This document shows positions 15,394-24,517 of a stretch of DNA of 32,000 nt, one piece after another. Each line of letters starts with the position of its first letter. Positions within the stretch are counted from its first letter, which is position 1. The DNA lies in the NCBI RefSeq assembly GCF_037157815.1, contig NZ_CP089984.1; one strand, 5' to 3'. A program made the position numbers and the translations under genes. Source of the stretch: Pendulispora albinea. GTDB lineage: Bacteria; Myxococcota_A; Polyangia; Polyangiales; Polyangiaceae. Below the pieces are notes generated by a model, which did not search any database, was not told the origin of the DNA, and was given only the letters and a program-made list of their open reading frames with translations.

Positions 15394-15746
15394 GGTCGCT
15401 CCCTCCGCATCTCGGCGCCCCGTGCCGAAGAAAGGACGATGCTGGCGTTGTCCACGCCGCGCATCGATGCAGGATCAGTGCGAGCAGTCCGTCCACGCTC
15501 CCGTCGTCAAGGACTTGACGTGGCGTCGGCGAAAAACCGCCACCTCAGCAAGTCGACGCATCGCGCTAGCCGCCGTCTGGCATCGTTCGCCACGTGGCAA
15601 TCTTGCCCTCCCGTGGCAGTCCGGCGCCCGCTTGCGGTTCGCCCAATCCGCGACTTTTTCAGCGCCGCGACCGTAGAACCGCCGCGCGTATCCCGCCCTG
15701 CACCGCCCCCGCGGCGACGCTTCAAAAACGGCGCGCCGCTCCACGC

Positions 15747-15796
15747 AAAACCGCCGGTCATCGCAACGCGTTCGTACGCGCGCGCGACACCGGCGG
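15747..15796 (-). terminator. Candidate intrinsic terminator after erpA
   Basis: On the minus-strand RNA, CCGCCGGU (15796-15789) pairs perfectly with ACCGGCGG (15758-15751). The stem encloses a sub-hairpin CGCGU-ACGA-ACGCG and is followed by UUUU (15750-15747). The site is ~47 nt downstream of the erpA stop. Confidence 0.4.
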
Positions 15797-15843
15797 CCTT
15801 TCACAACGAAAATGTACGCGAGCCCGCGATCAGCCGGGGCCGA

Positions 15844-16167
15844 TCAAGCCGAAAAAGACGACCCGCAACCGCAGGTGCCTTTGACATTCGGGTTGTTGAA
15901 TTTGAACCCGGAGCCGTGCACGCCCTCGACGTAGTCGATCTCCGTCTCCTCCAGGTACTGGTGGCTGAGCGGGTCGACATACAGCTTGACGCCGTTGGAC
16001 TCGTATTCCTCGTCCATCTCGCCAACCGCGTCCTCGAAATAAAGGTCGTAGCTGAAGCCGGCGCAACCACCGCCAACGACGCGCAAACGCAACCCTTGCC
16101 CCTCGAGGGCCTCGGCGGAGGCGATCTCTTTGACCTTCGTGGCGGCTTTCTCAGTGATGGTGATCAT
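15844..16167 (-). CDS. erpA: A-type iron-sulfur cluster carrier (ErpA/IscA, HesB family)
   Basis: ORF track 107 aa. Motifs: LRLRVVGGGCAGFSYDLYF and C-terminal GTCGCGSSFSA (the three conserved Cys). A perfect TATAAT lies on the minus strand at 16181-16186, 14 nt upstream of the ATG. Confidence 0.9.
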   Translation of the reverse strand: MITITEKAATKVKEIASAEALEGQGLRLRVVGGGCAGFSYDLYFEDAVGEMDEEYESNGVKLYVDPLSHQYLEETEIDYVEGVHGSGFKFNNPNVKGTCGCGSSFSA

Positions 16168-16257
16168 AGTGATTGTGGCGATTATACGGACGGAGCCGCA
16201 TCCGCGCCAGGGGAGCCCCCCGAGATTCCCGCGCCGCGCTGCCCCTGCGGCTCGCGC

Positions 16258-17550
16258 CTAGCGCCCCGCGGCCTCGGCACCGACGACCTCGACGAGGTTC
16301 CCCGTGTCGGACACCACCACGAATCCATCGCGCGTCGGCGCCATTCCCACGATATTTCCGCTGCGCGGCTTGCCCGCCGCGGTGATGCGCGTGGCCCAAG
16401 GCGTCTCGCCCAACAGGCGCACGCCGGTGTTGGCGGATGCCACCCCAATGAATCCCTCTGGGGTCGCGAACGCGACCGTTCCCGCGCCATCGACGAGCAC
16501 GCCCGAGTGCGTCGGCGCCACCAGCGCCAGCTGCCCACCGTCCGACAGGGCCATCGGGGCAAAGGTCGAGACGGGATGGCGGGCGAGCTCTTGCCCCGCC
16601 CCATCGATGGCCACCAGCAAGGTTCGGCCAGGGGACATCGAGAGCAGATGCGCAACCTCGCCCTGGAGCGCGGGCGGCCCGAGGTAGACCCCCGCTTGCA
16701 CGGACGAGCGCGTCACCACCGTACCGTGCGCGAGGTCCATCGCCGCGAGCCGCGTTCCCTCCACCACGGCCAGCAAGGTCGAGGGGCCCCCAAGCACCGC
16801 GCTGCCATCGATGGGCGCGCCGAACGTGCCGATTTTTTGCGCCTCCCGCCCCGGGATCCACCCGTACACCGCGCCCGTCGCGCTCACCGCCAGGACCTGT
16901 CCGCGCGCCGCCAGGAGCGGCGTCGCCAGCGGCTCCGGCACCGAGGCCCGCGCCCGCACGCTCCCCTCGGCGTCGAGGGCCGCGAGCTCGGTCGACGTGG
17001 CCACCACCACGCCGCCGTCCTCCAGCGAGAGGGGCGATACGCGCCCGGCCAGCGAGCGCTCCCCGCCAAGGCGCGTTCGAAAACGCACGGTCCCATGGCG
17101 CACCCCAAGCGCCTCGCCGGCCGAGTTGACCGCCACGATGGTCCCGTCGGAGAGCGCCGTGAGGGGGCCCAGCGCGCCGCCCCCGAGCAAGCCCACGTAC
17201 TTGGGCGTGCGATCGCCGGCGAGGAGCACCAGCTCGTTGCGGTTCACCACCACCGCGATGCTGCCATCGTCGAGCACCAGCGGCGCGTGCTCGATGACCT
17301 GCTCGAACGCGTGACGAAAGCTCGTGCGCAAGCCGGAAGCCGGGAGCCGCGTGCGTGAAAAGCCGCTGCGGCGCGCGTCGACCCGATCGGTGGGCGCCAG
17401 CGCGCGCGAGGCCCCGACGATCACCGTGCGCGGCCTCCCCGGCTCGACCCGTTGGGCGGAGGCCGCGGCCGCGATGCCCAGCGCCGCACCTCCCATGACG
17501 CCGACGAGCGCCGCGCGCCGTGCCCAGCTCGCGCGGAAGGCGCGGATCAC
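16258..17550 (-). CDS. Secreted PQQ-like/BamB-like beta-propeller repeat protein (weak fold call)
   Basis: The track ORF is 499 aa. I place the start at GTG 17550, overlapping the TGA of the upstream CDS (GTGA at 17547-17550). This gives VIRAFRASWARRAALVGVMGGAALGIAAAASAQ as signal peptide. Repeated DG-x-hydrophobic-beta motifs occur (LDDGSIAVVV, LSDGTIVAVN, LEDGGVVVAT, ATGAVYGW, LSDGGQLALV, TRDGFVVVSDTG). Confidence 0.5.
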   Translation of the reverse strand: MIRAFRASWARRAALVGVMGGAALGIAAAASAQRVEPGRPRTVIVGASRALAPTDRVDARRSGFSRTRLPASGLRTSFRHAFEQVIEHAPLVLDDGSIAVVVNRNELVLLAGDRTPKYVGLLGGGALGPLTALSDGTIVAVNSAGEALGVRHGTVRFRTRLGGERSLAGRVSPLSLEDGGVVVATSTELAALDAEGSVRARASVPEPLATPLLAARGQVLAVSATGAVYGWIPGREAQKIGTFGAPIDGSAVLGGPSTLLAVVEGTRLAAMDLAHGTVVTRSSVQAGVYLGPPALQGEVAHLLSMSPGRTLLVAIDGAGQELARHPVSTFAPMALSDGGQLALVAPTHSGVLVDGAGTVAFATPEGFIGVASANTGVRLLGETPWATRITAAGKPRSGNIVGMAPTRDGFVVVSDTGNLVEVVGAEAAGR

Positions 17551-19319
17551 TTCGACTTCCTGCCGTTCGAAGCGCCTTGCTTCGCGCGCAGCACGAAATC
17601 GGCCTCCACCTCGGGGATCGGCTTTCCGCCCGGGGTCGCCGCGTCGCTGGGGCTGAAGCCGCGCGTCACGCGCCCGTAGGCTTTCAGCTCCTGCCGCGGC
17701 TGCAGATCGAGATCCCCGCCGTACAGGACGCGCACCAGGCAAGGGTGCTTCGCGCACCCGCGCGCGTCGTCCACGATGATCACCGTCTGGTGGTTCACCG
17801 TTCGGGCCTGGCGCACCTCGCCCTCGATCGCGATGTCCTTGCCGATGTGCCCCTCGATGTTCGCCGCCACGGCATCGTAGCCGAGCGGGTTCGCGGCCTC
17901 GAACGACTTGGCCTCCGCCTCCAAGCTCGCCACCCGCCGCACCGAATAGCGTGCCGTGCGCGCGGCTACGTGCGGCGCGGAGGCGCGGATCTCCACCGGG
18001 GTCTCCTTGCCCGCCGGCAGCTCGAAGGTGCCGAAGAAGATCCCGGTGCCCGACTCGATGGGCCGCCCGTTCACCGTCACGCTCGCGCCCTTGGCCGTGC
18101 GCCCCGCCACCACGAACCGATCGAGGTCCGTCATCAAGCGCGCGCTGGGGGCGTCGATGTGCAGCGGCACCACCCCGAGCCGCGCCGTGAGCGTCCCGCG
18201 TTCGGTGGCGCTGCCCTTTGGCGTCACCTCGTAGGGGATCGATTTCTCGAGGACCTTGCCCTCGTCCGAAGCGCCCTCGGTCTCCGCGCGCACGTCCACC
18301 GGCTGCGCGCCGCGCCCCTCGCCGTCGAGCGCCACGTCGCGTCCATCGACCTTCACGACCGTTCCGGGCAATGTCTCCACCCGCACCACGATGGGATCGG
18401 TCGTGCCCGACAGATCGACCTTCATACGGTAGGGCACCGGGATCGATGCCTTCACCGACTCATCGCGCCCCATCCCGGGCCGATCGAGCCGGATCTCCAG
18501 CGGGTTGTCGCCGACCTTGAGCGGGCTCGTAAGCTCGAGCAACGCCTCCTTGTCCTTGAATGTCGCGCTCGCGCCGCCGAGCGCGGCCGTCGTTCCATCC
18601 GGACAACTGGAGCACACCAGCTGCAGCTGCTCGTTTCCTTGCGCGCCCAAACGCGGCCGCACCACCAACGGTGCGCCCGCCCTCCAGAAGAAGTAAACCG
18701 CGACCCCCGCGCCCGCGACCAACACCGCGATGAGCCCCGCCACCACCCCGAGCGGAAATCCGCCCTTCTTTGGCACCACCGGCGCCTGCGGAAGCGGCTC
18801 CTGCAAGAGCGGGGGAGGAGGCGGCACGATGGGCGGAATGGCCGCCGGCGCCAGCGGCGCACGCGCGATCGGCGCCATGGGCGCAGGCTCCTGCGTGGGG
18901 GCAATCCCCGGCATGGCTACGCCCAGCATGGTGCGGTTCTCGCTGCGCATCGGCCCGGCACCAGGTGATCCGGGTGCGGCCGGCGCAGGCGAATCCGCCG
19001 CGGGCCTCGTGGGCGCGATCCCCGGCATGGCCACCCCCAGCATCGTCCGATTCTCGCGCACGGGCGGCGCCGCATGCGCAGACTGCGCCGCATGCGCGGA
19101 TTGCGCGGCCATCGGCACCGTCTGCTGCTGCGCGGGAAAGACGTCCGCAGCCGACAGGCCAATCATGGTGCCGGCTGCGGGTCCACGCCCGCTCGGTGAT
19201 GCCGCGGGCGCTTGGGGTGCGGCCTTCTCCGCCTCTGCGATCAGGGCGCCGCAGCGACCACAGAAGCCAGCGTTTTCAACGATCTCGGTTCCGCATTGCG
19301 GGCACGATCGGGTGGCCAT
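17547..19319 (-). CDS. Zinc-ribbon, Pro-rich, single-pass membrane protein with large extracytoplasmic domain
   Basis: ORF track 590 aa. N-terminal CPQCGTEIVENAGFCGRCG zinc ribbon. Duplicated ENRTMLGVAMPGIAPT motif and AAQSAHAAQSAHAA. TM helix FPLGVVAGLIAVLVAGAGVAVYFFW. The remaining ~380 aa are beta-rich. Confidence 0.65.
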   Translation of the reverse strand: MATRSCPQCGTEIVENAGFCGRCGALIAEAEKAAPQAPAASPSGRGPAAGTMIGLSAADVFPAQQQTVPMAAQSAHAAQSAHAAPPVRENRTMLGVAMPGIAPTRPAADSPAPAAPGSPGAGPMRSENRTMLGVAMPGIAPTQEPAPMAPIARAPLAPAAIPPIVPPPPPLLQEPLPQAPVVPKKGGFPLGVVAGLIAVLVAGAGVAVYFFWRAGAPLVVRPRLGAQGNEQLQLVCSSCPDGTTAALGGASATFKDKEALLELTSPLKVGDNPLEIRLDRPGMGRDESVKASIPVPYRMKVDLSGTTDPIVVRVETLPGTVVKVDGRDVALDGEGRGAQPVDVRAETEGASDEGKVLEKSIPYEVTPKGSATERGTLTARLGVVPLHIDAPSARLMTDLDRFVVAGRTAKGASVTVNGRPIESGTGIFFGTFELPAGKETPVEIRASAPHVAARTARYSVRRVASLEAEAKSFEAANPLGYDAVAANIEGHIGKDIAIEGEVRQARTVNHQTVIIVDDARGCAKHPCLVRVLYGGDLDLQPRQELKAYGRVTRGFSPSDAATPGGKPIPEVEADFVLRAKQGASNGRKSK

Positions 19320-19421
19320 GGGGGTCGATACTAGTCAACCCACACGGCCCTGGACCATTTCTCATTTTTGTCATTTTTCGCCTTGGCTCGCTCACGGCGC
19401 GCGCGCTCGGCCTTTGCGGGC

Positions 19422-19760
19422 CTACGGCTCGCGCGCTTCCGAGCTCTCTTCGGAGGTCTCGCGTGAGCTCGCGCTCGTGCGAATCACACCGTTGAAGCGT
19501 TGCCATCGGCGTTCGAGCGCCTTTCGGTCCATGCCGAGCACGCGCGCTGCCTCGCTCTTGTTGTGACCACAGTTTCGCATCGTGACGGCGATGGCCGCGC
19601 GTTCGATTGCTTCTAATTTGCTTCCCAAGCTGCCTGGGAGGGCGAGCAGCTGGGTCGCCATCGCCTCCAGCTCACTCGTCGTGGAAAGCGCCACGATCGC
19701 TTGAGCCGATTCGCGGCTCCCGTCCATTGCATATTCGTCCTCGACAATCGGAGCGCTCAT
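19422..19760 (-). CDS. Stand-alone Fis-type helix-turn-helix DNA-binding protein
   Basis: ORF track 112 aa. The C-terminal LEAIERAAIAVTMRNCGHNKSEAARVLGMDRKALERRWQRF matches the Fis/NtrC C-terminal HTH pattern. No AAA+ or receiver domain is present. Confidence 0.6.
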   Translation of the reverse strand: MSAPIVEDEYAMDGSRESAQAIVALSTTSELEAMATQLLALPGSLGSKLEAIERAAIAVTMRNCGHNKSEAARVLGMDRKALERRWQRFNGVIRTSASSRETSEESSEAREP

Positions 19761-20105
19761 GTGAAGTAAGAGGGCACGCGAGCTGAAACAGAGCCGTAGA
19801 TGCCCGTGATATTCCTAACCCTTTTTGGGCGCAAACTTCAAGCAATCACGCTTCGACATCGCGATCGATCGACGGATGTCGTCGAAACACCGAGAAAATG
19901 CGTGGTTGCCCCACGGCCAATCCCGTCCATTCTTTGGACGAATTCGGGCGAGCGATGATTCCGTGCAGGGTTGTTGTCGCCCTTTCCCAACAAAGTAAAC
20001 TGGCCCGACCAGTTCTCGAAAGGTTCCGAAAGCCGCCTTTGAAAGCTGTCCCCCGAAAGCTCTCTGAAAAGCTCCCTAAAAAACCTATGCAAACGGCGAG
20101 CCCCC

Positions 20106-21269
20106 ATGTCATCCGTTGAGCTCCATCGTGCCCGTACGCTCGTCGCCGATCCGAAGGAAGCGGCGGAGCGTCTTCTCGAGCAGCTGCCCTCGGCCGCGAC
20201 GCCGAAACTCGTCACCGTCTTCGCCTCCCGAGGCTACGACCAACTCGCCTTGAACCGCGCCCTGCGCGAACGCCTCCCCAAGGGGACGCGGATCGTGGGG
20301 ACCACCAGCTCCGCGGAGCTCGACAACGAAGGTATCCATGAGCGCTCCATTGTCTTAGGGGCGTTGTCGGGGGACTTCGAGGTGGGCTTGGGCGTGGGGC
20401 GCGACTTGTCCCAAGACGCCATCGTATCCGGAAATGTGGCCATCTCCTCGGCCTGCGATCAGCTGGGCATCGCCCCGGTGAACCTCGGTTCCCGCCACGT
20501 TGGAATGGTGATCGACGACGCCTTTCGTTACAAGAAGGAGGAGTTCCTTCTCGGGATGCTGGAACCCAACCCGGCGCTGGTCCTGGTCGGCGGCGGAGCG
20601 TCCGATATGGAGCTCGATCCCGCCAAACAGAGCGCGCAGATGCACGTCGATGGCGACGTGGTCACCGACGCCGTCGTCGTCGCGCTGTTCAAGACCGACG
20701 TGCGCTGGGCCGCGATGCGCTCGCACTGGTACGTACCCACTGGCCGCACCTTGCGCGTGACGCGGGTGGACGAGACGTGTACGCGCGCCCTCGAAATCGA
20801 CGGAAAGCCTGCCGCCAAGCGTTACGCCGAGCTGCTCGGCGTGTCGCCGGAGGATCTGGAGTTCGGCAAGCCCCGTGGCTTCGCCACCCAGCCTACGGCG
20901 CTGCGCGTCGGACGCGAATACTTCGTGCGGGCGCCCTGGAAGCCGCTCGACGATGGCTCCATCCTCTTCGCCAACCTGCTCGAGGAGGGGACGGAGCTCG
21001 AGATCATGCAGCTCGGCGACATCGTTCGCTCCACCACGCACTTTTTTCAAGAGGAGCTCCCCTTCCGCGTCGGCAACCCCAGCGCGGTCCTCCTCTTTCA
21101 GTGCAGCGGGCGACAATGGTTCGCCGATGCGACCGGTCAGCGGGCCGAGCTGGCCAAAACGTTCGCGGCGGCGCCGCCGGCCGTCGGCTTCAATTGCTAC
21201 TTCGAAATATACTGCGGGTTCCATATCAACACGACCCTCACCGCGCTGGCGTTCGGATCCACCTCGTGA
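20106..21269 (+). CDS. FIST-domain sensor protein (FIST_N + FIST_C)
   Basis: ORF track 387 aa. FIST_N-like: KLVTVFASRGYDQLALNRALRERLPKGTRIVGTTSSAELDNEGI. FIST_C-like: AVLLFQCSGRQWFADATGQRAELAKTF...AVGFNCYFEIYCGFHINTTLTALAF (F-x-C-x-G-R and G-E-I...H-N-x-T patterns). Confidence 0.8.
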   Translation: MSSVELHRARTLVADPKEAAERLLEQLPSAATPKLVTVFASRGYDQLALNRALRERLPKGTRIVGTTSSAELDNEGIHERSIVLGALSGDFEVGLGVGRDLSQDAIVSGNVAISSACDQLGIAPVNLGSRHVGMVIDDAFRYKKEEFLLGMLEPNPALVLVGGGASDMELDPAKQSAQMHVDGDVVTDAVVVALFKTDVRWAAMRSHWYVPTGRTLRVTRVDETCTRALEIDGKPAAKRYAELLGVSPEDLEFGKPRGFATQPTALRVGREYFVRAPWKPLDDGSILFANLLEEGTELEIMQLGDIVRSTTHFFQEELPFRVGNPSAVLLFQCSGRQWFADATGQRAELAKTFAAAPPAVGFNCYFEIYCGFHINTTLTALAFGSTS

Positions 21270-24079
21270 AGAAAATCGTCGTCGCACAGTCTCGAATCTC
21301 ACCACCTGGCACGCCGCCGCGCCTCCTCGTCGCGCTCCCTTCGGGGGATGCCGTCGCCGCCGTCTCCGAGGAGCTCGCGCGCTGGAACGTCACCTCCGAG
21401 AGCCGGACGGTGCACACCGCCTCCGAGCTCGAGGAGGCGCTCGCGAGCGCCTGGGATCTGCTCGTCTTTGGCGCGGAGTTCTTCCCCGCCGTCCGAGCTG
21501 GGGCCCACGAAGGGCGCTCGGTGCTCGTCACCCGCGCCCACGATCCCGCGCTCGAGCGCGAGGCCATCGCGGCCGGCGTTCGGGACGTCATCGAGCTGGG
21601 TCGCATCGGCCGGCTCACGGCCGTCCTCGAGCGCGAGATCGCGTGCGTCCGCCGCCACGGTGCCTTGGCCGCCAAGGCGACCCTGCTCGAGGGCGCCATC
21701 GATGCGCTCCCGTTCATCGTCTTCGTCAAGGAGGCGGCGACCCTGAAGCAGGTCTTCGCCAACCAAACCTTCGCCGACGCGTTTCATACCACCAAGGACT
21801 GGCTGGTCGGCAAGCACGATCACGAGTACTTCCCCGAGGACCAGGCGGAGTCGTTCGCCGTCATCGACCGCGAGGTGCTGCGCAACCAGGAGATGAAGAC
21901 GTTCGAGGAGATCGCCCGCACCGACGGCATCAACCGCACGTACCTCACGCGCAAAGCGGCGCTCCTCGACGAGCACGGCAACTCGGCCTATTTGCTCGGC
22001 GTCACGGAGGATATCACCGAGCGCAAACGCACCGAGGAGGCGCTCCGCCGCACCCGCGAGCTCTCGGCCCGCACCTTGGCCGGCTACCAGCGGCGCGTGC
22101 TGCAGATGGAGATCATCCGCCAGCAGAACGAAGATCTGGAGCGGCTCTCGGCCGACTTGGTGCGCGCCAAGCGCATCGAGGAGGAGCGCGCCCGCGAAAT
22201 CGAAGCGGCCGCGCGCCTCAAGAGCGAGTTTTTGGCGAACTTCTCCCACGAGATCCGCACCCCGCTCAACGGCATCCTCGGCTACTGCGATCTCTTGATG
22301 CGCGGCGAGGGGACGCGCCTCACGCCGCACGGCCGGCGCGACTTGAACGTCATCAAGACCAACGCCAAGACGCTCTTGTCCCTCATCAACGACATCCTCG
22401 ACCTCTCCAAGATCGAGGCGGGCCGCATCGAGATCGTGCGCGAGCGGGTCGACGTGACGGAGCTCATCGAAGAGTCGGCCGCCACCATCAAGGAGCTGAT
22501 TCGCAGCAAGGACGTCGAGCTGGTCACCCACGTGGCCGACAACGCGGCCCTGGCCTTCACCGACTCGCTCAAGCTGCGGCAGATCATCCTGAACCTGCTC
22601 TCCAACGCCGCCAAGTTCACCGACACCGGCGAGATCCACGTGTCGGCCAGCGCCACCGGCGACGATCTGGTCATCGAGGTGGAGGACACCGGCGTGGGCA
22701 TCCCCGCCGAGGAGCTCCGCAACATCTTCGAAAAATTCCGCCAGGTCGATGGCTCCAGCACCCGCCGCGCCGGGGGCACCGGGCTCGGTCTGGCCATCGT
22801 GCGCGAGCTCGCCCGCGTGCTCGGAGGCACGGCCTCGGTCACCAGCGCCGTCGGCCGCGGCTCCAAGTTCACCGTCATTCTACCGGGCGCCATCGACGCC
22901 GGCCGGGTCACCCCGCCCGTGGAAAATCCGAATGTCATCGCCCGCGCCCTGCCCGTCGACGGATGCAGCGTGCTCGTGGTCGACGACGATCCCATGGTGC
23001 AAACCCTCGTCCGCAGCGAGCTGGAGACGGCCGGGTTCACGGCCATCGTGGTGGGCGACGGGGTGCAGGCGCTCCAGCAGGCGCGCGCCCGAAGGCCCAA
23101 TGTCATCTTGCTCGATCTGCACCTGCCCAAGCTTCACGGGTGGGACGTGCTCACCGAGCTCAAAAGCGATCCGGCGCTCTCCAGCATCCCGGTGGTCATC
23201 GTCTCGGTGGAGGAGCAGCGCGCCCGCGGCTTCTCCATGGGCGCGTGCGAGTACCTGGTCAAACCCGTGGAGTCCGACCACCTGGTCAGCGTGGTGCGCC
23301 GCGTGATTGCGCCCGGCGGCGGCGAGGTCCTCATCGTCGACGACGACGCGGCCACCCGGGAGCTCGTGACCCGCGTGCTGCAAGGCCACGGCTTCCCCAC
23401 CGCCGATGCGCGCGATGGCTCCGAGGCGCTGGTTCGGATGAAGGTCAGCCCGCCATCGCTCCTCATTCTCGATCTGGTCATGCCCAAGGTCGATGGCTTC
23501 GAGGTGATTCGCCGCATGCGGGCCGAGGGGCCCAATGTCCCGGTGGTCGTGCTCACCGGCAAGGATTTGAGCAAGGTCGAGGAGCAGGAGCTCTCCGAGG
23601 CGTTTACCCGCATCGTCCGAAAGGGCGGGCTCGCCATGGCGGACTTGGTCGCAGAAGCTCGCCGGTTGGTGGTCGAGCAGCGGGTCCAGCAGAAGGAGCG
23701 CCTGCCGCGCATCCTCTATGTGGAGGACTCCGCGCAGAACCGCGACATCGTGCGCCGCTATTTGGAGCCGGAGTTCAATGTTTTCGAGGCGGAGGACGGC
23801 GAGCACGGCCTGGAACGTGCTCAGCGCGATGCCCCCGATCTGGTGCTCATGGATTTGTCGTTGCCACGAATCGACGGGTGGGAGGCCACCCGACGTATCA
23901 AGTCAGACCCTAGACTTCGCCACCTCCCCGTGGTTGCACTCACAGCCCGCGCAGGCACCGAGGACCGCGAGCGGGCCGACAGCGCCGGGTGCGCGGACTA
24001 CTTGACCAAACCGGTCGAACGCGAGCTCCTCATTTCCACCATCCGCAAACACCTCCGGGGGCGCGCCGGGCATGGATAA
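21266..24079 (+). CDS. Hybrid sensor histidine kinase: N-terminal pseudo-receiver, PAS, coiled coil, HisKA, HATPase_c and three receiver domains
   Basis: The GTG at 21266 overlaps the FIST stop (GTGA). PAS: LPFIVFVKEAATLKQVFANQTF...YLLGVTEDITERKRTEEAL. H-box: FLANFSHEIRTPLNGILGY. G-boxes: VEDTGVGIP and GTGLGLAIVRELARVLGG. REC1: VLVVDDDPMV...VILLDLHLPKLHGWD. REC2: VLIVDDDAATRE...LLILDLVMPKVDGFE. REC3: ILYVEDSAQNRD...LVLMDLSLPRIDGWE...YLTKPV. The N-terminal ~130 aa look receiver-like but lack the DD pocket and phospho-Asp (LLVFGAEF). Confidence 0.9.
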   Translation: MKKIVVAQSRISPPGTPPRLLVALPSGDAVAAVSEELARWNVTSESRTVHTASELEEALASAWDLLVFGAEFFPAVRAGAHEGRSVLVTRAHDPALEREAIAAGVRDVIELGRIGRLTAVLEREIACVRRHGALAAKATLLEGAIDALPFIVFVKEAATLKQVFANQTFADAFHTTKDWLVGKHDHEYFPEDQAESFAVIDREVLRNQEMKTFEEIARTDGINRTYLTRKAALLDEHGNSAYLLGVTEDITERKRTEEALRRTRELSARTLAGYQRRVLQMEIIRQQNEDLERLSADLVRAKRIEEERAREIEAAARLKSEFLANFSHEIRTPLNGILGYCDLLMRGEGTRLTPHGRRDLNVIKTNAKTLLSLINDILDLSKIEAGRIEIVRERVDVTELIEESAATIKELIRSKDVELVTHVADNAALAFTDSLKLRQIILNLLSNAAKFTDTGEIHVSASATGDDLVIEVEDTGVGIPAEELRNIFEKFRQVDGSSTRRAGGTGLGLAIVRELARVLGGTASVTSAVGRGSKFTVILPGAIDAGRVTPPVENPNVIARALPVDGCSVLVVDDDPMVQTLVRSELETAGFTAIVVGDGVQALQQARARRPNVILLDLHLPKLHGWDVLTELKSDPALSSIPVVIVSVEEQRARGFSMGACEYLVKPVESDHLVSVVRRVIAPGGGEVLIVDDDAATRELVTRVLQGHGFPTADARDGSEALVRMKVSPPSLLILDLVMPKVDGFEVIRRMRAEGPNVPVVVLTGKDLSKVEEQELSEAFTRIVRKGGLAMADLVAEARRLVVEQRVQQKERLPRILYVEDSAQNRDIVRRYLEPEFNVFEAEDGEHGLERAQRDAPDLVLMDLSLPRIDGWEATRRIKSDPRLRHLPVVALTARAGTEDRERADSAGCADYLTKPVERELLISTIRKHLRGRAGHG

Positions 24080-24479
24080 AAAGCGGGCCCGCATCCTCGC
24101 CGTCGACGACGATCCTTTGCAGTTGGACCTTTTGTACAGGGGGCTTACCCTGGAGGGATTCGAAGTAGCCACCCACGAGGGTCCCATTGGCGTCACCAAC
24201 ATGGTGCGCGCATTTCGCCCCGACATCGTACTCTTGGACCTCAACATCCCGAGCTTGCGCGGTGACCGGCTCATCGAGCTGATTCGCCGCGCCGCCGGGC
24301 CGAACACCAAGTACTTCTTGCTTTCCGCCAGCGACGAATCGGAGCTTCGCTTACGCGCAGCCGAAACGAGTGCTCACGGTTGGCTCTCGAAAAGTCTTAC
24401 AATGAACGAGATTGCCCATCGACTTCGAGAGATCCTATCGCCTCCATCGGAAGGTCCGGTATCGAGGCGTCCACGGTAG
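24072..24479 (+). CDS. Single-domain CheY-like response regulator receiver
   Basis: ORF track 135 aa. Motifs: RILAVDDDPLQLDLL and DIVLLDLNIPSLRGD. There is no output domain. The ATG overlaps the kinase 3' end by 8 nt. Confidence 0.85.
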   Translation: MDKKRARILAVDDDPLQLDLLYRGLTLEGFEVATHEGPIGVTNMVRAFRPDIVLLDLNIPSLRGDRLIELIRRAAGPNTKYFLLSASDESELRLRAAETSAHGWLSKSLTMNEIAHRLREILSPPSEGPVSRRPR

Positions 24480-24485
24480 CATCCG

Positions 24486-24517
24486 CCGTATGAGACGTAG
24501 TATCGTCCGTACGAGAC
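24486..24517 (+). promoter_or_regulatory. Direct repeat CCGTA(T/C)GAGAC x2 with 21-bp register in the 67-nt gap upstream of the TDO-like gene
   Basis: CCGTATGAGAC (24486-24496) and CCGTACGAGAC (24507-24517), with a third GAGAC at 24522-26. A good SD (GAGGGGG) precedes ATG 24547. The functional assignment is inference. Confidence 0.3.

Noticed and set aside
15595-15607. Sigma-54-like TGGCAA-TC-TTGCC
   Set aside because: The GG-to-GC spacing is 9 nt rather than the 12-position register of TGGCAC-N5-TTGC. It is also on the plus strand, with no plus-strand gene downstream.
15439-17358. 639-aa (+) ORF spanning the sigma-factor spacer, erpA and the propeller gene
   Set aside because: It lies antisense to erpA, which has unmistakable HesB/IscA motifs. 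Its composition is Arg/Ala/Gly shadow-like.
19846-20119. Small ORFs in the AT-rich spacer (88 aa minus, 73 aa plus, 125 aa minus)
   Set aside because: They have no SD or sensible start context and their composition is unlike the other genes. They overlap one another and the FIST start. I treat the region as regulatory or non-coding, although a small protein cannot be excluded without Ribo-seq.
20875-23913. 1012-aa (+) ORF, frame-shifted relative to the hybrid kinase
   Set aside because: It has extreme Arg/Pro/Gly composition and no domain. The 21266 frame contains textbook H-box, G-box and three receiver domains.
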